Source of the DNA: Bdellovibrionales bacterium
GTDB taxonomy: Bacteria; Bdellovibrionota; Bdellovibrionia; Bdellovibrionales; Bdellovibrionaceae
DNA length: 64,000 nt
Reading direction: 5' to 3'
Assembly: GCA_031370005.1 (NCBI GenBank)
Contig: JANMPT010000021.1
Coordinates: 32,001 to 96,000 of the forward strand
In this document: positions 38,161-49,230 of the stretch, one piece after another
Numbering within the stretch: the stretch's first letter is position 1
How the letters are laid out: every line of letters starts with the position of its first letter
Position numbers and translations under genes: made by a program
The notes under the pieces: model-generated
The model's input: only the letters and a program-made list of their open reading frames with translations
Told to the model about the DNA's origin: nothing
The model's database searches: none

Positions 38161-40029
38161 ATGTTGCATCGCGTGAAAATCCATTTTGATATTGGGAAAA
38201 TTAGAACCCTTACGAGGCTTTTTTTACGGCGGCGTGGTTTTTGGCTGCGTACGCTCCTTTGCTGGGTGATTGGCATCATGGCTTTATCAAGTGATGAGGG
38301 GAACTCTTATGACCAACGCTTTCAACTGCGTGGGGATCAGCGGGCCTCTCCTCAGATTGTCTTAATAACCATCAAGCAATCTGATTTTTCTTCGATCTAT
38401 AGAAAACGTACAAACTCTATGCAAAACGTCAGCGAAATCACGGATATCACTGATAGTTTTTTTTGGAATAAAGATATCTGGCTATCTCTTCTTAAAAAAG
38501 TTCTCTCACAAAATCCTCGCTCAATTGGCGTGACTCTGTATTTTGGTATCAACGTTGGAGACGTGACTATTTCTCGTTCTGAGGAAAAAATCTTTAAAGA
38601 CCCACGGGTTTTTTGGTCTACCAGCACGAACAACTTTGAACGACTGTATGAGCCTTTGTTCACTAACGATGCACATACAAACATTGCCAGCAATGATCTT
38701 CGGGGCGACGAAGATGGAATCATTCGTCATATCTACGAACAAAGCGATGTCCTTCCTCACTTGGTGGAGAAAATCACTGATAAAAAACTCCCCTCCTCAC
38801 GCACAGGAATCAGTATAAACTATCGTGGATCAAGTCGGGTTTTTACTCAATATAGCCTTGCCGAAGTCCTGAATGAAGAAACTCCTGAAAATGCTTTTGC
38901 TAATAAAATTATTTTGATTGGAGCTGAAACTAACTCCGGGCCGCAGTATCTGACCCCGGTGGGAGCCCTGTCTCGCACTCAAACTCTTGGCCACATCACA
39001 GATGATTTACTTGGCAATAAATGGATTCGCCAATGGCATTTTGTCATCTATGCCTTGCTCTTTGCTGCGCTTACGTTGATTGCAGTTTTTTTGATCACAC
39101 AATACCCACAATCCGTGGCACTTGTCCTGATACTATGGCTGGGACTTTCCATTGCAGCAATCTCGGCCTGGGTCTTTGATACTTTCTATATTTGGATTCC
39201 TGCCTATTCTCCAACTATTTTACTTTTGGCCACTTGGGTAATCTTTATTGGCTATCAAGCAAATCGTATTGAGCGCATGAACTTTCGACTCCAGCAAGAG
39301 CAAAAATATTTGCAAGAACTTGAGCAGCTGAAAAATAACTTTGTGAGCCTTATCAGTCATGACTTAAAAACGCCTATTGCAAAGATTCAAGCAATTGTCG
39401 ATCGCTTGCTAACCCAGCATCCAAATCCTGAGTTGCAAGTGGACTTAAAATCCCTTCGTGGCAGTGGAGATGAACTCAATCGCTATATTCAGTCGATTCT
39501 CAAAGTTCTTCGCGCAGAATCAAGGGACTTCAAGGTCAATAAAGAAGTAGCTGATATTAACGAGATCATTGAGGACGCCATTCGACAATTATATCCTTTG
39601 GCGACAGAAAAAAACATACGTATACAAACTGAGCTGGAACCTATGTTCTCAGTGGAATTTGATACAACTCTGATCAAAGAAGTACTTGTTAATCTAATTG
39701 ATAACGCAATTAAATACACTCCCCGTAATGGGCAGATCTCGATTTACTCCAGCGAAACAGAAGATTCTGTCTATGTAAAAATAAAGGACAATGGTGAAGG
39801 AATTCGCCCCGAAGATTTAGATACTATCTGGGGCAAGTTCACCCGTGGTAAAGATCAGGATATGAAATCAAAAGGTTCTGGCCTTGGATTGTATCTGGTA
39901 AAATACTTTATCGAGCTCCATGGTGGAAAAGTAAACCTCGACAGTAAAATCGGATCTGGTAGCACAGTGTCATTTACCCTGCCCTTAAGTGATGATACAA
40001 GCGATGACTCCCATGAGGTGAATGTATGA
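38161..40029 (+). CDS. CHASE2-domain sensor histidine kinase
   Basis: D.DGIIR, INY.G, KIILIG, 3 TM helices, SHDLKTP, NLIDNAIKY, GSGLGL. Confidence 0.9.
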   Translation: MLHRVKIHFDIGKIRTLTRLFLRRRGFWLRTLLCWVIGIMALSSDEGNSYDQRFQLRGDQRASPQIVLITIKQSDFSSIYRKRTNSMQNVSEITDITDSFFWNKDIWLSLLKKVLSQNPRSIGVTLYFGINVGDVTISRSEEKIFKDPRVFWSTSTNNFERLYEPLFTNDAHTNIASNDLRGDEDGIIRHIYEQSDVLPHLVEKITDKKLPSSRTGISINYRGSSRVFTQYSLAEVLNEETPENAFANKIILIGAETNSGPQYLTPVGALSRTQTLGHITDDLLGNKWIRQWHFVIYALLFAALTLIAVFLITQYPQSVALVLILWLGLSIAAISAWVFDTFYIWIPAYSPTILLLATWVIFIGYQANRIERMNFRLQQEQKYLQELEQLKNNFVSLISHDLKTPIAKIQAIVDRLLTQHPNPELQVDLKSLRGSGDELNRYIQSILKVLRAESRDFKVNKEVADINEIIEDAIRQLYPLATEKNIRIQTELEPMFSVEFDTTLIKEVLVNLIDNAIKYTPRNGQISIYSSETEDSVYVKIKDNGEGIRPEDLDTIWGKFTRGKDQDMKSKGSGLGLYLVKYFIELHGGKVNLDSKIGSGSTVSFTLPLSDDTSDDSHEVNV

Positions 40030-41438
40030 TGAATATCTTGAATACCTTAATCGTTGATGACGAAGCTGAACTTCGTCGCTCTGTACTTTCAATATTGAAG
40101 TCAGCAATTCCAGATGTTGAATTTGTCATTGAGGAAGCTAGCAACGGTAAAGAAGCTCTCGATAAAGTCCGTAGTCAAAGTTGGGACTTGGTTCTGATGG
40201 ATGTCAAAATGCCGGAGATGAATGGCCTTGAAGCACTTGCTGCTATTAAAGAACATGATCCACGTACTTTCGTGGTCTTGATGACTGCGCACAGTAATCT
40301 GCAAGATGCCGTTGCTGCAATCAAAGATGGCGCCTACGACTACGTAGAAAAACCAGTCAATCCACAACGACTGACTGAAATTGTGCGGACATGTTTGGAG
40401 GCTCGTGACTTGGTTTCAAGCCTTGCCTTCTCAAATCCAATTTTTGACGATGATATCGAAAGCGAATTTGTTGGCAATTCACAAAAAATGAAGGAAGTTT
40501 TTAACCTTATTTACCGCCTCTGCAAAGTAGACACCACTGTGTTAATTCGTGGTGAAAATGGAACGGGCAAAGAACTTGTTGCTCGTGCTATCCACTTCAA
40601 CTCACCTCGTAAAAGCGGCTCCTTCACTGCGATAAACTGCGGGGCCATTCCTGAGGCTTTGATGGAGAGTGAGCTCTTCGGTCATGAAAAAGGCGCTTTC
40701 ACTGGAGCCGTCGAAAGAAAAATTGGTAAGTTTCAGATCGCCAACAATGGAACTTTATTCCTCGATGAAATCGGCGAATTAAAACCAGATATGCAGGTCA
40801 AGCTCCTTCGCGTTCTTCAAGAAAAGAAATTCACACCAGTGGGTGGAAACCGCGAAGTTAAAACCAACACCCGCATTATTGCAGCTACAAATCGCAATTT
40901 AGAAAAAATGATGGAAGACGGCACCTTTCGTGAAGACTTGTTCTATCGCTTAAATGTAATGCCGATTTTCTTACCACCGCTTCGTGATCGCACTGATGAT
41001 ATCCCAGCACTTGTGCCTCACTTTATTAAGAAATTCTCAAAACAACATGCTCGTGGCATTACTAGCATCAGCTTTGAGGCTCTGCAAATCCTCAAAGCCT
41101 ATCGCTGGCCAGGAAATATTCGTGAACTCGAAAATGTGATAGAACGGGCCTTTATTGTCGAAAACTCAAATCAAATCACGGCGGAAAGCCTTCCAGAGAA
41201 TATTCGCACCGGCAGTAAAAATAATTCGCTAAAAAGCATTCCCTTTGGCTATTCTGGCCCACTAGATTTTGACGCCTTCAAAGACCAAATGGAAAAAGAT
41301 TTTGTAGTCAGTGCTCTGAAAGCCAACAAAGGTCGGATTAACCAAACCGTGGCCCAGGCCAACATTCCAAAAAACACTTTGCTAAGAAAAATCCGCAAAT
41401 ACGCTATCAATGTTAAAGACTATATAAGTGAAGATTAA
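40026..41438 (+). CDS. sigma54-dependent NtrC-family response regulator
   Basis: Receiver domain, GENGTGKE, GAFTGA, HTH; ATGA coupling to the kinase gene. Confidence 0.93.
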   Translation: MMNILNTLIVDDEAELRRSVLSILKSAIPDVEFVIEEASNGKEALDKVRSQSWDLVLMDVKMPEMNGLEALAAIKEHDPRTFVVLMTAHSNLQDAVAAIKDGAYDYVEKPVNPQRLTEIVRTCLEARDLVSSLAFSNPIFDDDIESEFVGNSQKMKEVFNLIYRLCKVDTTVLIRGENGTGKELVARAIHFNSPRKSGSFTAINCGAIPEALMESELFGHEKGAFTGAVERKIGKFQIANNGTLFLDEIGELKPDMQVKLLRVLQEKKFTPVGGNREVKTNTRIIAATNRNLEKMMEDGTFREDLFYRLNVMPIFLPPLRDRTDDIPALVPHFIKKFSKQHARGITSISFEALQILKAYRWPGNIRELENVIERAFIVENSNQITAESLPENIRTGSKNNSLKSIPFGYSGPLDFDAFKDQMEKDFVVSALKANKGRINQTVAQANIPKNTLLRKIRKYAINVKDYISED

Positions 41439-41510
41439 ACCCGAACCAACGCACCCTCGGCATATGGGATTATAAAAATAAATATACCTGGATGAGCGTA
41501 TAGAAGTGGG

Positions 41511-41945
41511 CTATTTAACTGCGCAGTTGTCGAATTGAGCGGTGAGAACCATCCCACTCGTCATTCCGGAAAAAACACGCTTTGCTTCACAGCCTTTAGT
41601 CATTACTTCAAGTGAGAATGACTCATTGCCCGCGACAGGAATGACTAATCTATCACCCTTAAAACTATGCTCAACGGAGGACCTCGTCAGCTCATTGGTG
41701 AGCTTCACAGTGCTGGTCCCACAAACTGTGAGCTGCGAATCTCTATCATATTTAGATCTGCATTTAACCACGATACTTCCCGGAACGGACTCCCCTTTTA
41801 CAGAAGGTTTCTCTTTTAGAACAGCATCTTGGCTCAGCGTTGCTACATATGGTTTATTATTTTCTGACTCCTTCACTTCCGTTACACAGCCAACCAATAA
41901 ACTCTCTAAGAGTAAAATTAATAAAAAAGATTCATTAATTCTCAT
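41511..41945 (-). CDS. Hypothetical lipoprotein
   Basis: LLVGC lipobox; ATG 41945 follows AGGAG and overlaps the GT9 gene end. Confidence 0.65.
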   Translation of the reverse strand: MRINESFLLILLLESLLVGCVTEVKESENNKPYVATLSQDAVLKEKPSVKGESVPGSIVVKCRSKYDRDSQLTVCGTSTVKLTNELTRSSVEHSFKGDRLVIPVAGNESFSLEVMTKGCEAKRVFSGMTSGMVLTAQFDNCAVK

Positions 41946-43044
41946 GAAGAACTCCTTGAAGCTTCGCAAGCACTTCATCTTGTGAAATTTGCTTCATACA
42001 AAGGTGGGTTTTAATAGGACACTTATTGTGGCCATGTTTTCCGCAGGGTCTACAAGTTAACCCCTGCTTTTCAACAACATAGGCATGGTCTTGCCAAGGG
42101 CGAAATCCAAATTCTAAAACCGTAGGACCAAAGATCACTACTGAAGGAGTTTCAGCGGTCGCGGCCAGATGCATCGAAGCGCTGTCATTGCCGACCAGGG
42201 CTGCTACTTTAGATAAAATCAACGCCGCCTCATAGACACTCGTTCTAGCACAAATATCTAAAGCTTCAGGAATTTGTTTTGCGATCCGCGCGCAAAGTTC
42301 TTCCTCACCAGGACCTCCCATTATAATAATAGGAACTCCTTGATTTGACAAACTTTGCCCGATCTGGATAAAGCCTTCTTCTGTCCAACGCTTTGTAGCC
42401 CAAACACTTCCAGGGAAAAATGCCACAGATTTACTGAGAGTAATTTCATTCAAGTTAACTTTTGCAAGTGCTTGGACAATATCATTTTTATGTCTACTGT
42501 AAAAAGCGCGAAGGTTCATCGAGGCCCACTCAGGCGTAGCGGAAAGTTTTCCGTTTTTGGCAAGGCCATGAGGATTCGCCTCTTCTGAGTATTTTTGAAT
42601 TTTTCCTCTTAAGGACTCATCTATTCCTTGTAAAAGAGTCAATTGGCGAATCACCTCTGGCAAATCGTGATTCTTAGAAATGCGATTGCTGAAAAAAAAT
42701 CCATTCCAAGGTTTAGCAAAGCCAATCTTTTGCTTGGCCTTAAGTTTCTGAACAAAAAATGCGGTGCGCACAGACTCATGGGGGGAAATAACTCTATCAA
42801 TTTCAGTCTCTTTAAGTGCTCGCAAGGCCTTACGATAGGATTCGCCATCATTTTTTTGTATTTCAAGAACTTCGTCGACCATTTGAGTCTTTAAAAAAAA
42901 CTCGCCCACACCTTTACGACAAACCAAGATTAATTTCTGATCCGGCCACAGCTCTTTGATTTTTTTCATCAAAGGAATGCCTAAGAGCAGATCTCCGAGA
43001 AAGGCAGTTTGGATAAGAACATTGGCTGAACGGTACTCTGACAC
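41935..43044 (-). CDS. Glycosyltransferase family 9 (WaaF-like LPS heptosyltransferase)
   Basis: QTAFLGD, PGSVWATKRW, GGPGE, GNDSA.MHLA, FGPT. Confidence 0.9.
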   Translation of the reverse strand: MSEYRSANVLIQTAFLGDLLLGIPLMKKIKELWPDQKLILVCRKGVGEFFLKTQMVDEVLEIQKNDGESYRKALRALKETEIDRVISPHESVRTAFFVQKLKAKQKIGFAKPWNGFFFSNRISKNHDLPEVIRQLTLLQGIDESLRGKIQKYSEEANPHGLAKNGKLSATPEWASMNLRAFYSRHKNDIVQALAKVNLNEITLSKSVAFFPGSVWATKRWTEEGFIQIGQSLSNQGVPIIIMGGPGEEELCARIAKQIPEALDICARTSVYEAALILSKVAALVGNDSASMHLAATAETPSVVIFGPTVLEFGFRPWQDHAYVVEKQGLTCRPCGKHGHNKCPIKTHLCMKQISQDEVLAKLQGVLHEN

Positions 43045-44147
43045 TGATTAAAACCCCTTTTGAGAGCTTCTATAATTTCTGATAGCGAAACCTGATCGTA
43101 ACACATTGTCTGTTTATCGCAAAGCCTCTTCCAGCATGGAGCGCAGGGAGCTTTGGTCAGAATTTTTTCACCACGATCATAGAGATCAATTTCTTGAGCG
43201 CAGGTAGGACCAAACCAAGCTACCACATGTTTTTTTTGCGCAATGGCCATGTGCATCCCAAGACTATCACCAGTTAAAATTAAATCGCAGGCAGCCACGC
43301 TAACAAGACCATCACGAAGACCCGCCGTCGTTGAGCTCTGAATAACCGAAAGGCCTTCGCCAATTTGCAGATTTCTCTCGCTGTCCTCAGGGCCTCCCAA
43401 AAGAACAAGACTTACATTCAACTCGTTTTGAATTGTTTGAATCACTTGGCGCTGAAACTCTATGGAGAGCTTTTTATAAGCAATCACATGGCTACAGCCA
43501 GTATTAATTCCTAGCACTAAAGCATGATCTTGTTTCCAGCTTTCACGGCGGCGCGCCACTTCTCTTTCTTCCACTGCGCTCAAGACCAAATTATACTCAT
43601 CACGTTGAAAACTATCTAACTCAAGTGCTTCAGCCAATAATTGAGTTTCAGGCTTTTTATTTAAAAAAAACTTATGATGGTTATCAAGTCCCAAAAGCCA
43701 TAACTCCTCAGCCGCGGCAGTCGCAGGTAAAACACCGCCTCCCCTTGCTTCGCTAAAAAATCCGAAAACTTGATCTGCCAGGGTTTGCTTCAGAACACCA
43801 GCGGCCTTTAAAGACTTATCAATCATAAAGGCCACATCAAACTCCAAGGCTGAAAGACACAAAAGATCTTCTGCTTTGGTGGTCAAAACGCGATCAATCA
43901 AAGGATGATTTCTGAGAAGCTGATCACTTGGAGAGTCCGTCACCCAAGTAATATGGCTGCCAGGATATTTGCGCTTCATTGATTTCAAAAGACAGGTCGT
44001 CCGAACTACTGCTCCTATAGCGCCTAAGTGCACTATCAATAAATAATTGCTTACAAGGGATTTTTGCGGACAAGCATCTTCGCAAGAAGTATTTCTTTCA
44101 CAAGGTTTATAACCTGAAAAATGCCGACAAGAATTCATCACAGCCAT
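42981..44147 (-). CDS. Glycosyltransferase family 9 (LPS heptosyltransferase-like)
   Basis: HLGAIGAV, LGGPED, TGDSLGMH.A, FGPT, C.PC. Confidence 0.88.
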   Translation of the reverse strand: MAVMNSCRHFSGYKPCERNTSCEDACPQKSLVSNYLLIVHLGAIGAVVRTTCLLKSMKRKYPGSHITWVTDSPSDQLLRNHPLIDRVLTTKAEDLLCLSALEFDVAFMIDKSLKAAGVLKQTLADQVFGFFSEARGGGVLPATAAAEELWLLGLDNHHKFFLNKKPETQLLAEALELDSFQRDEYNLVLSAVEEREVARRRESWKQDHALVLGINTGCSHVIAYKKLSIEFQRQVIQTIQNELNVSLVLLGGPEDSERNLQIGEGLSVIQSSTTAGLRDGLVSVAACDLILTGDSLGMHMAIAQKKHVVAWFGPTCAQEIDLYDRGEKILTKAPCAPCWKRLCDKQTMCYDQVSLSEIIEALKRGFNQCQSTVQPMFLSKLPFSEICS

Positions 44148-44193
44148 AGGTCATTTTACCTGGAATTAAGCAAAAAAGGACTCGACTTTGTGC

Positions 44194-45273
44194 TTAATTA
44201 TGTCCAGGAATCACTGAGGTGATCTCAGAAACAAGGGTCCCGATCTTAATCTTGGACTCGATACGCAGTGGATAATGATGTTCATCGTCTGAAAGCCAGA
44301 TATAGATATCACCGACTGGCTTAAAAGCTCCTTTAAGAATAATCTCTGGCTTAATTACGACGGCATTTTTTTCGCCAAGTTCAGTGTCAATTTTTTCACG
44401 ACGAAGACATTTACCTTTAAAAATTAAATTTTGCTCATCGTCTGCCACGCGAAAGGCAATTTCCTTACCTGGTTCCCATTGAAAGTTTCGCATATAAAAA
44501 ATCGCACTAAAAACATTCTGCGAGTATGGTAAAATATCCCAGGCCTGCTTCTTTTCCTCAACACCGTTTTTTTCAGTCACTTTCTTTTCCCAGAAGGTGG
44601 CGTGGTTGGTTTTTTCGTCAAAAAGCATTCGAGCTTCACGCAACTGTCCTGACTCTTTCACATGCAAAGAGTAGACGCTAGGAACCAAGGTCTCATAATC
44701 AACAAAAGTCTCGACCCTGTCATTCACACTATAGATATGTGAATACATTGAACCCGTAAGGATTTCGGTGACAAAATTATAAGCCTTACGCCCATTGACA
44801 TTTACCATAGGTTCGACTTTTAACTTCAAACTTCCGGCAGTTATTTTGAAATAACTGACATTATGTGTGATGACCTCTCCGACGCGAAATGGATCTATGA
44901 TCGGACGACGCCCTTGAAACCCCACATCGTCTTCTAACTCTGGTTGACGTCGAAGGCTGGCAACTGGTTCTTTTTCTTTTTTATGTCTCTTTGATTTTTT
45001 CGTAGGTTTCTCAGTTACTATTTTCTCCGGAACAAGGATCTTTTCTGACTCTGACGGAGTGGCTCTTGGTACAGGCGTCGGAGTTGTTTTTTGATTTTTT
45101 AAAGTCGCAACAGGAATCGAAGTTCCCGTATTTGAAGTGGGCACCTCTTCAATTTTAACAGCTTTTTCAAACTCAGTATTGATTTCAAGTTCTTTTGCCT
45201 TATCATATTTCAGTGGAGCTGACGAACATGAAAGCAGCAAAAGACAGCCGATCAAATAATTAAAATATTTCAC
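44194..45273 (-). CDS. DUF3108-like lipoprotein
   Basis: Lipobox LLSC, low-complexity linker, PF..GE, W.SDD....P..I....K.G. Confidence 0.7.
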   Translation of the reverse strand: MKYFNYLIGCLLLLSCSSAPLKYDKAKELEINTEFEKAVKIEEVPTSNTGTSIPVATLKNQKTTPTPVPRATPSESEKILVPEKIVTEKPTKKSKRHKKEKEPVASLRRQPELEDDVGFQGRRPIIDPFRVGEVITHNVSYFKITAGSLKLKVEPMVNVNGRKAYNFVTEILTGSMYSHIYSVNDRVETFVDYETLVPSVYSLHVKESGQLREARMLFDEKTNHATFWEKKVTEKNGVEEKKQAWDILPYSQNVFSAIFYMRNFQWEPGKEIAFRVADDEQNLIFKGKCLRREKIDTELGEKNAVVIKPEIILKGAFKPVGDIYIWLSDDEHHYPLRIESKIKIGTLVSEITSVIPGHN

Positions 45274-46154
45274 TCAAAATCCTTCCATCGGCGGTGCACC
45301 CACATCCACTGCTCTGGATGCTTTTTCACAACCTCCTCAATCTTATCATTAAACCTTTGGGTGATTGCAAGAGTGCTTGCCTCTTTGTCTTCACTAATAA
45401 GGTCTAGAACAGAAAGTTCTGGTTCAAAAACCACATGCATTTTATTATCAGTCCCCTCGTAAGTGTAAATTGGCAGGACAGGGGCTTTGGTTCTCATTGA
45501 AAAAAGTGACAATCCATAAGCTGTACCTGTTTCTTTTCCAAAAAAACTTGTCGCAATACCATAAGGTTTTCCCATAAACTGATCGAGCACAAAGACAACA
45601 ATCTCCTGGCGTTTCAAGGCTTTTAGGATATCAAAACTAGTCCTGGCACTATGGGCGTCGATGTATTTTACGCCCTGGGCCCCTCGGAACGAAAACCATA
45701 AATCATTAAATAGTGGACTCTTAAAAACTTTGGTAATAATCGTCACCGGCTGCCCACTCATCACAATGGCGCTAGAAGCAAGGTCCCCATTCCCAAGATG
45801 AAGACTAAGGGCCAGAATCCCTTTTCCTTGTTTCTGAGCATTTCGCAGATTCTCTTCCCCCTCAAAGACCACTTGAGTTTTAAGCCATTTTTTATTTAAA
45901 TACGGTACAGTAAAAAATTCGAAAAACCCTTTCCCCATATTATAAACACTCATACGTCCAATTTTAACTTTCTTTTCTTTAGACCACTCAGGAAAAGCCT
46001 TTTTTAGATTGTCAAAAATAACATCACGGCGAATACGAAATAAATCCACCCATAAAAAACCAATAATCACGCCAAGACCCCTTACCCAAGTGCGTGGCAA
46101 TAAAAAAAGGAAATAACTGCCTATCCTAATGAAGAACTTGATCAAGGATTTCAT
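45270..46154 (-). CDS. lpxL: Lipid A late acyltransferase (LpxL/HtrB family)
   Basis: HLGNGD, DQ, FFG, PEQWMWVHRRWK. Confidence 0.88.
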   Translation of the reverse strand: MKSLIKFFIRIGSYFLFLLPRTWVRGLGVIIGFLWVDLFRIRRDVIFDNLKKAFPEWSKEKKVKIGRMSVYNMGKGFFEFFTVPYLNKKWLKTQVVFEGEENLRNAQKQGKGILALSLHLGNGDLASSAIVMSGQPVTIITKVFKSPLFNDLWFSFRGAQGVKYIDAHSARTSFDILKALKRQEIVVFVLDQFMGKPYGIATSFFGKETGTAYGLSLFSMRTKAPVLPIYTYEGTDNKMHVVFEPELSVLDLISEDKEASTLAITQRFNDKIEEVVKKHPEQWMWVHRRWKDFE

Positions 46155-47145
46155 AAAACTTTTCTTCCTGGGATTGAATCCGAACCTCTAATGGCGCATA
46201 CCATAGAGGTATGTCTATCGGCCATAAAGCTTTCAATTTTACAAAATCCTTCTCCGTAGTCACAATATCTGGTGAGCCACTCTTTCGCCAATTTTGAATA
46301 ATATTATCTACGTCTACCAAGCTATAAGCATGATGATCATTGAAGATCATATGATCAGCTACCTGCAAAGAAATAGCCTCAATGTTTTTCTCAAAAGACT
46401 TTGGCCGTGCAATTCCAGAAATCAAGAGCACTCTTTGATCCTTACCATCTCTAATATTTATTTTATTTCCAATTTTAAAACATCGGAGCTCAGTTATCTC
46501 ATAACTCATCGGAACAATATCAATATTAAACTTACGCAATCTTTCGTATAATGCTTCAAGCACACTTGGCTCTACCAGGTTCACCTTGGTCACGACAAAA
46601 ATTGAAGCTCTGGATAAGGAACTCCAAGACTCACGTGCACGACCAATGGGCAGGCACTCATAGTTTTCCAAAGGCTCCGTAGCATCTAGAATAACAATAT
46701 CAACGTCTCGCGCTAATTGACGATGCTGAAAACCGTCATCGATAATTAATAAAGACGGATTTATTTTTTTTAAGGCATAGAGCGCTGTTTTAAATTTCCG
46801 CGGTCCAACAAAAAAATGCGCTTGGGGATTCCTTTCAGCCAACAGAACCGGTTCATCACCAAAATACGCCGCAGCATTTTTTCGCTCGACATCGACTTCT
46901 GCAATTCCAGAAACTTGAGCACGGTAACTGCGACTAACCACTGCTACTTCAACATTGCGATTTTGATAGTATCTCAAACAAAAATCAGTTAGTGGAGTTT
47001 TTCCGGTTCCACCAACTGTCAAGTTTCCAAGACTCAAAACGGGAATGGGAAGCTCGACTGAATAAAAATATTTATTGTCATAAAGATAGTTTTTAAAACC
47101 GGCAATCTTTTCATACAAAGAGCTGAGCGGCTTCAAAAGACTCAT
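46126..47145 (-). CDS. lpxK: Tetraacyldisaccharide 4'-kinase
   Basis: GNLTVGGTGKTP, GDEP, DDGFQH, TTEKD.VK. Confidence 0.95.
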   Translation of the reverse strand: MSLLKPLSSLYEKIAGFKNYLYDNKYFYSVELPIPVLSLGNLTVGGTGKTPLTDFCLRYYQNRNVEVAVVSRSYRAQVSGIAEVDVERKNAAAYFGDEPVLLAERNPQAHFFVGPRKFKTALYALKKINPSLLIIDDGFQHRQLARDVDIVILDATEPLENYECLPIGRARESWSSLSRASIFVVTKVNLVEPSVLEALYERLRKFNIDIVPMSYEITELRCFKIGNKINIRDGKDQRVLLISGIARPKSFEKNIEAISLQVADHMIFNDHHAYSLVDVDNIIQNWRKSGSPDIVTTEKDFVKLKALWPIDIPLWYAPLEVRIQSQEEKFYEILDQVLH

Positions 47146-48290
47146 GATATAAAAAACTCCTCAAGGGATTGTGCTACTCGTTTAGTCGCACCTTTGTTTC
47201 CCAAGTGCTGACGAAGTTCACCCAGCTCTAAACGTACTTTTTCTGCATATTGTGGATCTTGAAAATAACGATCCATTAATTCAAATAAAACTTCAGAGTT
47301 AGCTTCGGACTGCCAACGCTCCGGGCATACCTCACGACCAAGAATTAAATTTACCAAGCCAAAGAACTTCACCCCACGAATAAAAAAACGAGCAAATACA
47401 CCTGTCATAAATTTCATTCGATACATGATGACCATTGGCTTTTGCAAAAGACCAACCATTAAGGTGGCAGTGCCTGAGGCAACCAACACAAAATCCGCTA
47501 GGTGAACCATTCGCGCTGGCTCATCTTTTATAATCATATAAGGCAAACGAAAATTTTCAAGATAGGGCTCGAGTTTTTCTTTGTCAAAAGTTGGCGCCAC
47601 CATAATTAAAACTTTAACGTTCTGATACTTTTTCATTAATTTACGAGCAACATCCAGCTGAATTTGAAAGTGCTGTTTAAGCTCTAAATTACGACTTCCA
47701 GGCATAAGTCCTAGAACCACTTCGTCGTCTCGAATTCCACACTGATTACGGTGGTTCTTACGATAAGTCAGGTCAAAAAGCTTGTCATCCAACTCATCAA
47801 GAATCGGGTGGCCGACAAATTCACATGGAACTTGGTGCTCTTCATAAAATGGAACTTCAAAGGGAAAAAGAACAAATACTTTTTTGCAATATTTTTTAAT
47901 AGTTTTCACTCGGCCTTTGCGCCAAGCCCAAACTTGTGGAGAAATGTAGTAAACAACTGGAATACCTAAAGCGTACATTTTTTTTGAAAGCATTAAGTTA
48001 AATTCAGGATAATCCATAACGATAACAACCTTAGGTCTGCGTGCAGCAGCAGCAGCCACCAGGTCGTTGAATACTTTTTTAAGACGGCCATAGGCTCCGA
48101 CAATTTCAGCCGCGCCAACGACTGCCATTTCCTCTGCTCTACCGAGACACTCAAAACCAAGCTTTTCCATTTCGCGGCTACCAACCCCAAAAGCTTTGAT
48201 CTTTTTACCTTCGCTTTGCCAATGCTCAAGTAGACGCTGAGCATAGGTCACACTCGACGCTTCTGCGGCGACGATCATGACCTCATTCAT
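47142..48290 (-). CDS. lpxB: Lipid-A-disaccharide synthase
   Basis: DYPEFN, SPQVWAWR, FPFE, FVGHP, PGSR, SGTATL. Confidence 0.95.
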   Translation of the reverse strand: MNEVMIVAAEASSVTYAQRLLEHWQSEGKKIKAFGVGSREMEKLGFECLGRAEEMAVVGAAEIVGAYGRLKKVFNDLVAAAAARRPKVVIVMDYPEFNLMLSKKMYALGIPVVYYISPQVWAWRKGRVKTIKKYCKKVFVLFPFEVPFYEEHQVPCEFVGHPILDELDDKLFDLTYRKNHRNQCGIRDDEVVLGLMPGSRNLELKQHFQIQLDVARKLMKKYQNVKVLIMVAPTFDKEKLEPYLENFRLPYMIIKDEPARMVHLADFVLVASGTATLMVGLLQKPMVIMYRMKFMTGVFARFFIRGVKFFGLVNLILGREVCPERWQSEANSEVLFELMDRYFQDPQYAEKVRLELGELRQHLGNKGATKRVAQSLEEFFIS

Positions 48291-49230
48291 ATGCAGCCTC
48301 AATAGAGGCCTTGATCTCTTCAATCGCTTTTAGAGACCTCAATCCATCAAGACCACTCACTGCCACCGGCCTATTGTTCAATACAGACTCAACAAAAGCA
48401 TCAGTCTCCTTTTGAAGTGCATCATCTTTTGATACAGTCCACGTGCTTAGCTTCACTGGGGTGTCGCCTCCCACTGGCTGGAGTGGGTTGGACTCGCTTT
48501 TCTCAAGCTCTAGACTGGCCGTATTAACATAAACTATGCTTTCTTTTTGAGTCACGCGAATCCAGCGTTGCATGTTTGAAGAAACACGGCTGACATTAAT
48601 ATAAGCCATCGTCCCAGACTTCATTTTCAACGCCACCTGTGCTGTGTCTAGTTCTTTAGAAATAAGTTTTGAACCTGAAGCTGTGAAGCTCTCGATCTCA
48701 CTTTCAGCTAACCAATAAAGAAGATCCAAATCATGAATCATTAGATCGTGAAGTACGCTGACATCCGCCCCTCGCGCCTTGTAAGTAGCGAGGCGAGTCA
48801 TCTCGATAGTCATTGTTTTTTTAAGATGTTTTCTAAGCTCGACAATTGCAGGATTGAATCTTTCTATATGCCCCACAGCTAGCTTAAGATTTTTTTGCTG
48901 TGCTAGGTTCACAAGTTCTTCAGCCTGAGAAATACTTGCAGCTATTGGCTTTTCGACATTTACATGGATGCCATTTTGTAAAAACATCCTAGCAAGTTCA
49001 TAATGCGCTTGAGTGCTTGCCGCCACAGTAACTAAGTCGACCTTGCCAATCAGATCTTTGGCCTGATGAATCGAGGCAACACCGAGCTCCGCCGCGACTT
49101 TATCTGCCTGTACAGAGGAAAAATCACAAACTCCAACTAATTGCGCATTGGGATTCTTTGCATACTTCTGAGCATGAAAGCTTCCCAAATATCCAACCCC
49201 AACAACGGCCGCACGAAGTTGTTTAGTCAT
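48283..49230 (-). CDS. gnnA: Gfo/Idh/MocA oxidoreductase, probable UDP-GlcNAc 3-dehydrogenase
   Basis: GVGYLG.FHA.KY, EKP, VGHIERFNPA, DVSV..DLMIHDLD, SRVS; located between lpxA and lpxB. Confidence 0.75.
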   Translation of the reverse strand: MTKQLRAAVVGVGYLGSFHAQKYAKNPNAQLVGVCDFSSVQADKVAAELGVASIHQAKDLIGKVDLVTVAASTQAHYELARMFLQNGIHVNVEKPIAASISQAEELVNLAQQKNLKLAVGHIERFNPAIVELRKHLKKTMTIEMTRLATYKARGADVSVLHDLMIHDLDLLYWLAESEIESFTASGSKLISKELDTAQVALKMKSGTMAYINVSRVSSNMQRWIRVTQKESIVYVNTASLELEKSESNPLQPVGGDTPVKLSTWTVSKDDALQKETDAFVESVLNNRPVAVSGLDGLRSLKAIEEIKASIEAAYE